DNA of 64,000 nucleotides, from NCBI GenBank assembly GCA_964500725.1, contig CAZCNP010000004.1, positions 12,139-76,138 of the forward strand. The letters are read 5' to 3'. This document shows positions 28,812 through 37,550 of this stretch, in pieces. The notes under the pieces were generated by a model. That model was not told the DNA's origin, searched no databases, and was given only the letters and a program-made list of their open reading frames with translations. This stretch comes from an uncultured Gammaproteobacteria bacterium. Its GTDB lineage: Bacteria > Patescibacteriota > Microgenomatia > Daviesbacterales > UBA10151. Both the position numbers and the translations under genes were made by a program. Each line of letters opens with the position of its first letter. The stretch's first letter is position 1.

Positions 28812-29061
28812 GAGTATACAAAGTTATAGGAGATATATCTTCGCTCGCAGGTCTTGATTTTTGTGCCACTAATTTTTTGGCATAAGCTACAGCAGCATGT
28901 ATTTGCTCAGGAGCTAAATGAGGGTAATCTGCTAAAATCTCCTTTTCGCTCATTCCAGCGGACATTCTATCCAATATCAACTCAACAGAGATTCGCGTAC
29001 CTGCAACGATAGGTTTACCGCCTAAAATTTTTGGATCAGAGATAATCTGTGGTTTCCTCAT
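28795..29061 (-). CDS. DUF433-like putative antitoxin
   Basis: An 88-aa protein with DUF433-like PQIISDPKILGGKPIVAGTRISV, overlapping the downstream partner gene. Confidence 0.55.
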   Translation of the reverse strand: MRKPQIISDPKILGGKPIVAGTRISVELILDRMSAGMSEKEILADYPHLAPEQIHAAVAYAKKLVAQKSRPASEDISPITLYTHEISR

Positions 29062-29067
29062 AACTAT

Positions 29068-30078
29068 TTAATTATACCATCTATGGGAACGTTCTGGAGA
29101 CCGTGCTTCTGAAACTTTTTTGGCTCTTTCCAGGAAGGCTTTTTGGGCTGCTTCTTTGTTTTCCTGCTTACCTGCCCAAACTTTTAAGGCTTCATCTTGT
29201 AAGGCTCTGCCATAAGAATAGCTTAACTGCCAAGGACTACCGGGGATTGAGTTAATTTCTTTTAAGGTTTCTGTAGCCTCATCTGGAGTTTGACCACCAG
29301 ATAAAAAGACAATTCCAGGCACTTCTTTTGGTACTGCCTCTAAGAAAGTTTCTACTGTAGCTTGAGCTATTTCTTTACTGCTTGCTTGAGTAGGATTTTC
29401 TTTACCAGAAATGACCATGTTGGGTTTTAAGATCATTCCCTCTAAAACAACCTTGTGAAGCTTTAATCTTTCAAATACTGCTTTTAAGACTTTTGCTGTC
29501 GCTTCTTTACACTGTTCTAAACTATGCCCCCCATCCATTAACACTTCTGGTTCAACAATAGGCACTATATCCTGTTCCTGACAAAGAGCCGCATACCTGG
29601 CTAAACTTTCAGCATTAGCCTCTATACAAGTATCTGTTGGTATCCCCTCTCCAATGGTAATTACAGCCCTCCATTTGGCAAATTTTGCCCCCATCTCTTT
29701 ATATTCTATTAATCTATCTCTTAGATTATCCAGTCCTTCAGTAATTTTTTCTTCTTCAAAATTAGCCAACCTCCAGGCTCCTTTATCTACTTTTATTCCT
29801 GGGAGTATTCCTTTGCTTTGCAGATATTCTGGCACAGACTTACCATCAATTGATTGCCTGATAGTTTCATCATATAAAATTACCCCAGAAATATATTCTT
29901 CTATCCCAGGGGTCGCAAAAAGCATTCCTCTATATTTTAAGTTAGTTTCAGGAGTTGAAGTTACACCAATTTTGTCAAATCTTTTTTGAACAGTTTTAGA
30001 AGACTCATCAGCAGCCAGTATGCCTTTTCCAGGCGCAACCATAGCTTGGGCTGTTTGTTTTAACGAATTAATATTCAT
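29068..30078 (-). CDS. fba: fructose-bisphosphate aldolase, class I
   Basis: The class I aldolase signatures GKGILAADESS and KPNMV are present. Confidence 0.85.
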   Translation of the reverse strand: MNINSLKQTAQAMVAPGKGILAADESSKTVQKRFDKIGVTSTPETNLKYRGMLFATPGIEEYISGVILYDETIRQSIDGKSVPEYLQSKGILPGIKVDKGAWRLANFEEEKITEGLDNLRDRLIEYKEMGAKFAKWRAVITIGEGIPTDTCIEANAESLARYAALCQEQDIVPIVEPEVLMDGGHSLEQCKEATAKVLKAVFERLKLHKVVLEGMILKPNMVISGKENPTQASSKEIAQATVETFLEAVPKEVPGIVFLSGGQTPDEATETLKEINSIPGSPWQLSYSYGRALQDEALKVWAGKQENKEAAQKAFLERAKKVSEARSPERSHRWYN

Positions 30079-30082
30079 AAAT

Positions 30083-31036
30083 CTATCTGTGTAATTGCTG
30101 CTCTATCTTTACACCATCTGTTGAAACTGTCAAGGTAGTATGGGGGAGCAGATCAAACCATCTATTATCCCCTGTAATAGCAGATATTGATACAAAACAA
30201 TCTTGCTTTTTACCAGGAACCAAATCATTATTCGTCCATCTTTTTGCATTGATTTTCTTGTCAGGAGACCAGGCTTTTCCCTCTCCAACAGCGTCCAGGG
30301 CTTTGGCTGCTACTGCAGCCATTACTCCTTCTTCAAAACCTCCAATACCTACCACTAAATGAATGCCTTTTTTATGTTTTGCAGGGCTCATACAAGATAA
30401 AATAGAAGGCAAAAAATCCCCAGCTTTAAGCAGGATTAAATTGACTCCAAACTTTTGGGCAGCATTTATTAAATGCGCATTTCTATCCCGATCCATCATT
30501 ACTACATTTATTTCTGATGGTTTAACTTTGAAAGTACCCACTACTTCCGCTAGATTCTCCTCCAAAGGCTTGTCAATCGAAATTTTACCGGCAAGCTCTG
30601 GCGGACCAAACAATTTATCCATATAATCTGTATCAGGAGGGGTTGGCATTAAACCCTTATGTGATCCTACGGCTATAACGGAAACTGCTCCGGAAATATT
30701 AAGCTTGGCAGCTTTTGATCCTTCCACCACATCATTGACCATATCTAATCTCAAATTCCCGCTGCCAAATACTCCTTCTAAAGTCGGCAATGCTTCACCA
30801 TATTGATGTATATGTTTTCTGCCTTCAGAACCCACTACCTCTAAAACAAAAGGAACATCAGTTAAGGCGGTTCGCATTGCATCTACTCCGGCTTGATCGA
30901 TTAACTTTTCTCTTATCTTTGATTCTTCTTCTGTTAAAAGATCTTCCGAGGTAAAACCCTTTTCTTTGATAAGTCTCCAGACGGATAGAGCAGTCAATTG
31001 GGTAGCGCGGGTTATATAATCTCTTACTTTTTGCAT
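30083..31036 (-). CDS. glpX: probable fructose-1,6-bisphosphatase class II (GlpX-like)
   Basis: A 317-aa protein with GlpX-like length and profile. It sits next to fba. The assignment is moderate. Confidence 0.5.
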   Translation of the reverse strand: MQKVRDYITRATQLTALSVWRLIKEKGFTSEDLLTEEESKIREKLIDQAGVDAMRTALTDVPFVLEVVGSEGRKHIHQYGEALPTLEGVFGSGNLRLDMVNDVVEGSKAAKLNISGAVSVIAVGSHKGLMPTPPDTDYMDKLFGPPELAGKISIDKPLEENLAEVVGTFKVKPSEINVVMMDRDRNAHLINAAQKFGVNLILLKAGDFLPSILSCMSPAKHKKGIHLVVGIGGFEEGVMAAVAAKALDAVGEGKAWSPDKKINAKRWTNNDLVPGKKQDCFVSISAITGDNRWFDLLPHTTLTVSTDGVKIEQQLHR

Positions 31037-31058
31037 AAAGCCCTGAATCTAGGAAGCG

Positions 31059-31445
31059 CTAATTAGCAATAGCTGCAACAGGATCTGTTATATAAACAAA
31101 CTGACCATTCTTTTCTGCAATCAAAACAAAATAATATCTTTTATCGCTTCTTAAATAATCTACTGTAAAGGTATTAGTAGTATTAGCAACAGCTGGCAGA
31201 TTTAAAGCTCCCCATTTATATTCCCCTGGTTTAGGTCCATAAAGCAGAGCAAACTTGTCAGCGCTGCCATCGTTATAATATTTCAAGTTAATTTTTCTTA
31301 TCCTCCAGCTGGCCTCAGCTTTAAATTTATATTTACCAACTGGACCTCCTGTGATATTGGCTGCTGCATAAATTGGACTAATCAGTAAGATAAGGGTGGA
31401 AACTAAAAGAGTAAAACAAAATACTGCTTTTATTTTTAACTTCAT
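31059..31445 (-). CDS. hypothetical secreted protein
   Basis: An N-terminal signal peptide ending in AAA is present. The protein is 128 aa. Confidence 0.4.
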   Translation of the reverse strand: MKLKIKAVFCFTLLVSTLILLISPIYAAANITGGPVGKYKFKAEASWRIRKINLKYYNDGSADKFALLYGPKPGEYKWGALNLPAVANTTNTFTVDYLRSDKRYYFVLIAEKNGQFVYITDPVAAIAN

Positions 31446-31482
31446 ATATTCACACTAACATCCTAATTTAGGCATGTCAATA

Positions 31483-32535
31483 TTAGGATAGTTTAACTAC
31501 AAAGCTACTTTCCACCGCAGCACCTTTTTCAGTTGAACAAGCTGTTACTAATCTTAAACTTCCCTCTCTTAATTTACCTCCTAAATAAGGTTGCGCCTCT
31601 CCGTTGGTTGCCAAAACCTCTGTCAACCACTGATCTATTCTTAAAGTAGAACCAAATTCAACAGGCCCAATAAACTTTAAGTCTGCGCTTTGTATATCTA
31701 TATGGGTTCCTCTCTCTGCTAAACCTTCTAGCCTGGTAGTCAAGCTACCTAAGTCTATCAAACTACTTAAAACCCCTGGCGCTATTGAATCACCAAAACG
31801 AGTAAGTCTCCCATATCTCTCGTCTGAATCTTTTCTTTGTAACCCTCTATAAATTATTACTTTCCCAGTTTGATCATATTGAATATCCCCCTCTTCGTTT
31901 CTTGCTACCCAAGCATTTTTATCATGCAATGCTTGTTGATCGTCACTTACTTGGAATGTACGTTCACTTCTTGCTTGGGTTATTTCAAATCCATAGGCTG
32001 GGAATTCTTGAAGGATATTGCTTGGCCTTCGCACTACCCTGGCTGAAGCTATTTGTAAACGTGTGGGAAACGGATCAATTACCAATAAAGCCTCTCCGCT
32101 TGCAATACATTCTCCTTGATAACTTGCTTGGGTGGTAAAAGTTGCCTTTCCTAAAGTTTGACCTGTTTCATCTGGCACCACCATAGAGGCTGTATTTATA
32201 AAGCTTACTGCTCCATTGATATCGTGTACAGATCTAGCTAATCTAATACCATACTTTCCAAAAATAACTGTTGAATTACCTCCAGTTAATTGTGTTAATT
32301 CAGCAAAATCAGCAGAACTTGCATCCATCAAGGCCCATACTTTTGCTATTTCTATGGCGTTACGACGAGCTACCGAACTGATCTGAGACAATCTCTGCCC
32401 AGCTAAGGAAATTGATTGACGAGCTTTTCTATCAGTAACTTGGTGTATACTAACGAACCTATCACCTGTGTGTATACCTGCAACAGCAGAGAGATCTGAG
32501 CTATCACCTTTTACTTCTCTAAGTATTGTGGACAT
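31483..32535 (-). CDS. hypothetical protein (compositionally atypical)
   Basis: A 350-aa ORF with higher GC and different amino-acid usage from its neighbours. No motif was recognised. Confidence 0.5.
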   Translation of the reverse strand: MSTILREVKGDSSDLSAVAGIHTGDRFVSIHQVTDRKARQSISLAGQRLSQISSVARRNAIEIAKVWALMDASSADFAELTQLTGGNSTVIFGKYGIRLARSVHDINGAVSFINTASMVVPDETGQTLGKATFTTQASYQGECIASGEALLVIDPFPTRLQIASARVVRRPSNILQEFPAYGFEITQARSERTFQVSDDQQALHDKNAWVARNEEGDIQYDQTGKVIIYRGLQRKDSDERYGRLTRFGDSIAPGVLSSLIDLGSLTTRLEGLAERGTHIDIQSADLKFIGPVEFGSTLRIDQWLTEVLATNGEAQPYLGGKLREGSLRLVTACSTEKGAAVESSFVVKLS

Positions 32536-32655
32536 TTTTTATTAAGCAGTCCAATTAAAACTAAAATAACCTATTTAAAATGTATATATCTTTACTTTAC
32601 TCTTGTCAATAGATCTTTATCTGCAAACTCTACATTTATACTTTATAATAAAAAT

Positions 32656-33849
32656 ATGACAGAGTTTTCTCCCCAACAAGCAGTCGGGGAACTGTTACAA
32701 AATCAAACATCCCGTAATCGAACTACTGTTGAAGCTGTTAAACAACAAATTATTGACCAAAAAATTGGCCTAGCAAATGCCCAACAACAAATAGTAGGAA
32801 TTATAGCCATAGATCCTGATGCAGATTTACCAACCCTTCAATTGCACACCCAACAACTACTGGCTCCTCATAATCCCTCACAAGAACAAAAAGACTTTGC
32901 CAACGCCGTTTTAACAACTTATCATGATATCCATTCAAAAATTAAAATCCTTCGCCAAGAATACCCTGCAGACCAAGAATTAGTTAAAGCTTTGTTTGGT
33001 TTTATACCGAAAGGGACTACCCAAGCAATACAAGATCCTATTTCTTTTTATATTCGCTTTGCTAGTCTTGATGACTTTGTCAGAGCCTACAGAGGAAATC
33101 CTACGGAAGAACTCAGAGGCTATGATTATGATAAAGCAAAAGCAGTCCAGGCTTTTACGTGCGAACGATTAGGTCAACAAAAAGAATTGGAAGGGTTTGT
33201 AATGATTGAAAACGCCGGCTTTTTTGGGATTCGAAGGAGATTTGATCCTCATACTAATGAACGTTATCAACACGAACATCAACATGTTGTAGATTTCCTT
33301 TTTGAGAAAGCTACAGCAGAACCCATTCCTTGGGGTTCAACCAGAGGACTAGAAAGATATCGCAGATCTATGGAGATGCATAAACGGTTTGAATTAGATT
33401 TTCGATATGCTAAAACAGCAGAGGAACGCAAGGATATCATATTAAAGTTTGCTAGAGCGAAGAGAAAGACCTTAACTGACGCTAATTTTAAAAAGGAGCT
33501 ATTAGCCTTTACACAAGAAGGGACTTCTGTAGGCCATATCTCCAGAATGATGTTTCTACCTGCTTTCCTTAGTGGCTACAAAAGATTTCTTAATGAAGAT
33601 AGACAGTTTTTAAGAGACCTTATACCAGCAATCATTGGTTCTCAATATCAAGAATTAGGCGCACAAATAACTAAACAGGTCTATGATAAGGAATTTATGA
33701 TTATCCTAAAACAAGCATTAGATAGTATAAAATTGCTACGGCAATTATCTTTTACTGATAACCAAATAACTTCAATACTGATGCATGAAGATATGGATAA
33801 ATGGTATAAAACAACAACCAGAATACAAAAAGCCAGGCAAAATAGATAA
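32656..33849 (+). CDS. hypothetical protein (compositionally atypical, Q/R-rich)
   Basis: A 397-aa ORF transcribed divergently from the previous gene. No motif was recognised. Confidence 0.5.
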   Translation: MTEFSPQQAVGELLQNQTSRNRTTVEAVKQQIIDQKIGLANAQQQIVGIIAIDPDADLPTLQLHTQQLLAPHNPSQEQKDFANAVLTTYHDIHSKIKILRQEYPADQELVKALFGFIPKGTTQAIQDPISFYIRFASLDDFVRAYRGNPTEELRGYDYDKAKAVQAFTCERLGQQKELEGFVMIENAGFFGIRRRFDPHTNERYQHEHQHVVDFLFEKATAEPIPWGSTRGLERYRRSMEMHKRFELDFRYAKTAEERKDIILKFARAKRKTLTDANFKKELLAFTQEGTSVGHISRMMFLPAFLSGYKRFLNEDRQFLRDLIPAIIGSQYQELGAQITKQVYDKEFMIILKQALDSIKLLRQLSFTDNQITSILMHEDMDKWYKTTTRIQKARQNR

Positions 33850-33854
33850 AATCT

Positions 33855-34988
33855 TTATGGCTTAAGGTTTTCCTCTACTAATTCCAAAATTTCTTTTTTA
33901 AATCTTTCTTTAGAAAACTTTTCTGCATTTTTTCTGCAAACTTGGGGATCAAACTTTAGGCTTTCAAATTCATGCAAAGCTTTTATTAAGCTTCCTGTAT
34001 TAACCATCCCTGGACCACCATATAACAACCCAGTCTTTTTATCTTCCACTGTTTCTAAAAATCCACCAGATGAGGGAGCAATTACTGGAGTTCCTGCAGC
34101 CTGGGCTTCTATAGAGGTAATCCCAAAATCTTCATCTTCAGCAGCTACTATTAAAGCTTTCGCATTCTGCAGTAAAGTTACCCTTTCCTCATCAGACACC
34201 CAACCTAGAAAGTTCGTAGTTCGTAGTTTGTAGTTGGTAGATAGTTGCTTCAAATTTTCCATCTCCGGGCCGGTGCCTACTACTTTCAAGGGTAAACCTA
34301 ATCTACCGCAAGCTTCAACTACTACATCCGCCCCTTTTCCTCTAACCAATCTACTTAGTACTAAAAAGTAATTTTCCTTCCCCCTTTCCCCTTTATTCTT
34401 TACCCTAAATTCAGACAGATCAACAGGAGGATATATCACTACACTATCTCTTCTGTAAAACTTTTTAATCCTTTTTTGAATATTGTTAGAATTAGCCACT
34501 AATATATCTGGTCTTTGGGAAACTTCAAAATCATAAATTCTTAGAAAATGATTAGCCAACTCCCCTAAGACTCTAGTAACAGGGTTTTTCTTATAGTTAA
34601 AAGAGGTGACATAACCATATAAAAATCTAGGAGGGGTATGAATGTAGCTAATATGTAAAGTTTCTGGTTTGGTTATAACTGCCTTTGCTAGATAGGCTGC
34701 AGAGGAGGAAGAAATCACCAAATCAAACTCTCCCAAATCAAAGCTTTCAAACATCATGGGAGCAAACAACCTAAAAGGAGATAATAATTTATTTGCAAAA
34801 GGGAATTTCTGAAACCAGGAAGTCCTAATATCCCAACTTTTAAATCTTTTGCCATTCTCACCTAAACTCTCAGGGTTATAATAGGCAGTAAAAATGGGAG
34901 CTTCAGGGAAAATATCATGCAGAGCTTCCAATACCCTCTCAGCTCCCCCATATTCCCTTAAATAATCATGTGCCAACGCTACTTTCAT
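33855..34988 (-). CDS. glycosyltransferase family 4 (GT-B fold)
   Basis: The C-terminal GT4 signature EDFGITSIEAQAAGTPVIA is present. The gene carries an in-frame heptamer-repeat insertion at 34211-34247. Confidence 0.8.
   Translation of the reverse strand: MKVALAHDYLREYGGAERVLEALHDIFPEAPIFTAYYNPESLGENGKRFKSWDIRTSWFQKFPFANKLLSPFRLFAPMMFESFDLGEFDLVISSSSAAYLAKAVITKPETLHISYIHTPPRFLYGYVTSFNYKKNPVTRVLGELANHFLRIYDFEVSQRPDILVANSNNIQKRIKKFYRRDSVVIYPPVDLSEFRVKNKGERGKENYFLVLSRLVRGKGADVVVEACGRLGLPLKVVGTGPEMENLKQLSTNYKLRTTNFLGWVSDEERVTLLQNAKALIVAAEDEDFGITSIEAQAAGTPVIAPSSGGFLETVEDKKTGLLYGGPGMVNTGSLIKALHEFESLKFDPQVCRKNAEKFSKERFKKEILELVEENLKP
34211..34247. repeat. tandem heptamer repeat (AGTTNGT)x5 inside the GT4 gene, in frame
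   Basis: The sequence is agttcgt agttcgt agtttgt agttggt agatagt. It shares an identical 23-mer with the trpS gene (48757-48779). Confidence 0.8.
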
Positions 34989-34992
34989 AATT

Positions 34993-35060
34993 AGTGGCTA
35001 GTCGCTAGAGTCTAGAATCAAGCTTGAATTTATTTTCCTAGACTCTTAACTCTAGTCACT
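34993..35060. repeat. short palindromic repeat element (MITE/REP-like), intergenic copy
   Basis: The 5' arm agtggctagtcgctagagtctag and the 3' arm ctagactcttaactctagtcact are imperfect inverted repeats. The 20-mer agtggctagtcgctagagtc is identical to 37723-37742 inside polA. Confidence 0.7.
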
Positions 35061-35863
35061 TAACCCTCCTTTACTGCTTCAATTAATTGCTCAAAACTTA
35101 ATCTAGTTGGTTTGCTATCTGGAGCAGAAGATGAACCACAAATTACCATGTGGTGTGATTGGTGTAGAAACCATGAAGCCTCGGAATCTAACTCTTTTAC
35201 CCTTGTATAAATAGCTTCTATATCTTTATTTGGAGCAAAAAATTGAACTGAGGTATATTTTGGATCATACATTAAATAAAGATCCCCACCCTGCTCCCTG
35301 CAAAATTCCCTATCTACTGTTTCAGAAGAAACTGCAAAAGACTTACCAAATTTGGATTCAAACTCAACCCTTTTTTCCCAATCAATAATTGACTGTTCTC
35401 TCTTTTTCAAAACTTCCAAAATTCTATTTAAGATCTCCTCTCCTAACTCTACCGACTTTAAAGAAGACTCACTAGAATTATCTTTAGTTCTGATAAATGA
35501 TTGAATACTAAACTCATCAAATTGAGAATCTGGAGCTTTTCCTGTATCAATCAATTTATTCCACTCCACCAATTTTTCTAAAGCCTTTTGGGCAATCCCT
35601 TCAGGAATATAGCCTTCTTGTTTTAAATACTCATAAACCAAAGATCCAGCACAGGTTAGCAAACCTTCTTTATGTTCATCAAATTTACCTCCCCCAGTTC
35701 CTAAAAATATTTTGTCTTCATTTTCCTCTTTAGCTGCCAGGTCACGTGATGCAGAAACAAATTCTATTTTTGCCTCTTTAAAATCAGGATGATATTTTTT
35801 AAAAAGCCAAATAGCAGCAATATCATCCAGGTGAGGGTTAATATGTGTAACTAAGGTTTTCAT
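35060..35863 (-). CDS. hypothetical protein (weak DHH-phosphoesterase-like N-terminal motif)
   Basis: The N-terminus THINPHLDDIAAIW resembles DHH motif I. The assignment is not confident. Confidence 0.3.
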   Translation of the reverse strand: MKTLVTHINPHLDDIAAIWLFKKYHPDFKEAKIEFVSASRDLAAKEENEDKIFLGTGGGKFDEHKEGLLTCAGSLVYEYLKQEGYIPEGIAQKALEKLVEWNKLIDTGKAPDSQFDEFSIQSFIRTKDNSSESSLKSVELGEEILNRILEVLKKREQSIIDWEKRVEFESKFGKSFAVSSETVDREFCREQGGDLYLMYDPKYTSVQFFAPNKDIEAIYTRVKELDSEASWFLHQSHHMVICGSSSAPDSKPTRLSFEQLIEAVKEG

Positions 35864-35894
35864 ATATGTATAATGATACTATCTTAATTTTACC

Positions 35895-36827
35895 ATGCTC
35901 ATACTCAAAAAGCTTATTCTTGCCCCTTTTTTTGCAATTATTTTTGCTCTCTTAATTTATCAGCTTACCAGCTTATTAAAGTCTTACGATTTTGTTTTTT
36001 CTTTATCTTTAAACACTTTTACTAGTCTACTGATTCTGTCTGCTTTAATTTGTCTTTCAAGTTTTTTATTTATTCTATTTGCATCTTTATCGCAAGATTT
36101 AAAAATCACCCTACCGGCTACTTTACTCTTTGCTTTGATACCTTTAATCTTTTTGGATATATCTTTGGCATTAGTTTTGGTTGTGGCAATTTTTGTAAGT
36201 TTACTGCTCGCTAGTTTAAATTTAGCTACTAGTTTGAAAAGTTATTTAACCTTCCAGGCTGGAGATTTACTTGGACCTGCTATTAGACATTTATCAGGCT
36301 TTTTGATTTTATCTTTTTGTATAGTTTATTTTTTATCCTCCAGCAAATTAGTTAGTCAAAATGGATTTCAGATCCCCGATTCTTTAATTGATACTGCCTT
36401 AAAATTTAGTATGCCTGCAATCCCCAATAATCAACTTGATCAAGTACAAACAAGCCTTCCTCAAATCACCCCAGAACAACTAGATCTTTTAAAACAAAAC
36501 CCCGATTTACTAAGACAATCTGGTTTGGATCCTAAAATCCTGGATAGTTTAAGCAACCCACAAAAAAATACTCAATCACCAGCAAATTTAACCAATGACC
36601 TGATTAAACAAACAGTCAAGGATCAGATACAAGGCTTTTTAAAACCCTATCTAAGCTTTATTCCTGCAATTTTAGCAGTCCTGCTTTTTTTAACACTTCA
36701 ATCATTTACTTCTATTATCAATCTTCTAATCTATCCACTTCTCTCAGGAACATTTTATATTTTAGAAAAGTCAGGATTTATCAGGTATGAAACAGAACAA
36801 AGACCAGTCAAAAAAATGGTAGTTTAA
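35895..36827 (+). CDS. hypothetical polytopic membrane protein
   Basis: A 310-aa protein with several transmembrane helices and a Q/P-rich loop. Confidence 0.45.
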   Translation: MLILKKLILAPFFAIIFALLIYQLTSLLKSYDFVFSLSLNTFTSLLILSALICLSSFLFILFASLSQDLKITLPATLLFALIPLIFLDISLALVLVVAIFVSLLLASLNLATSLKSYLTFQAGDLLGPAIRHLSGFLILSFCIVYFLSSSKLVSQNGFQIPDSLIDTALKFSMPAIPNNQLDQVQTSLPQITPEQLDLLKQNPDLLRQSGLDPKILDSLSNPQKNTQSPANLTNDLIKQTVKDQIQGFLKPYLSFIPAILAVLLFLTLQSFTSIINLLIYPLLSGTFYILEKSGFIRYETEQRPVKKMVV

Positions 36828-37270
36828 CCGAACTTTCTAACTAACCTTTTTTTAAACACTGTCTCAAAATCATTATCAAAAGTAGCAAAATATTTAATTT
36901 GATTTTCTCTCATCATAAATAGATGATAAGCATCCCTGGCCCTAAGCTGATATTTTTCCATTAATTTTAGTACTTTTGTTTGTTTTTTAAGCTCAAGTGT
37001 AGAGTGAACTAAATTGATATTCTTAAGTTTCTTAATTTTGCCAAAACCTTTTTTCAAATCCTGTAATGCCTCCTTTTTAGGAAATTGAGAAAATCTTAAA
37101 GCATTATGGAAATATTCATCTAATACTAGCGCGGAAATAAATAATGCCCAATTCTGCAGTAAAAGACTAGATATTAATTCTACCGTCTTTTCGTGAAGCT
37201 CCGCAGACGGATTGGTAAAGTATAATAAAATATTAGTGTCAAGATAGCATTTTTTCATATCTCTCTTCAT
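36824..37270 (-). CDS. vapC: PIN-domain toxin VapC
   Basis: The N-terminus reads CYLDTNILLYF and a C-terminal FATFDNDF motif is present. Confidence 0.8.
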   Translation of the reverse strand: MKRDMKKCYLDTNILLYFTNPSAELHEKTVELISSLLLQNWALFISALVLDEYFHNALRFSQFPKKEALQDLKKGFGKIKKLKNINLVHSTLELKKQTKVLKLMEKYQLRARDAYHLFMMRENQIKYFATFDNDFETVFKKRLVRKFG

Positions 37271-37517
37271 ACCTTCTATCCAGCTCTTCCTTAATTTCTT
37301 CAGGGGTCAGATTTGATTTCAATCTAAGACCTACTGCCAAACTTCTAACAAATTTTCTAATTTCCTCTTCCCTATTTTTTTTCTTTCGTTTCAATATAAT
37401 ATTTCCCTGCTTTGCTTCAATTTTCATTTTTTGCCCAGGTTTAATCCCTAACTCCTTGGGTAAAGTTACCACAATAGAAGAACCAAGTTGAAAAGCTGTC
37501 ACTTCATCTTTTATCAT
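37239..37517 (-). CDS. AbrB/MazE-type (SpoVT/AbrB fold) antitoxin
   Basis: A 92-aa protein overlapping the downstream PIN gene. The N-terminus EVTAFQLGSSIVVTLPKELGIKPGQ is a swapped-hairpin-like segment. Confidence 0.6.
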   Translation of the reverse strand: MIKDEVTAFQLGSSIVVTLPKELGIKPGQKMKIEAKQGNIILKRKKKNREEEIRKFVRSLAVGLRLKSNLTPEEIKEELDRRYEERYEKMLS

Positions 37518-37550
37518 ATATATAATATTATCATTTTGATATATATCAAG

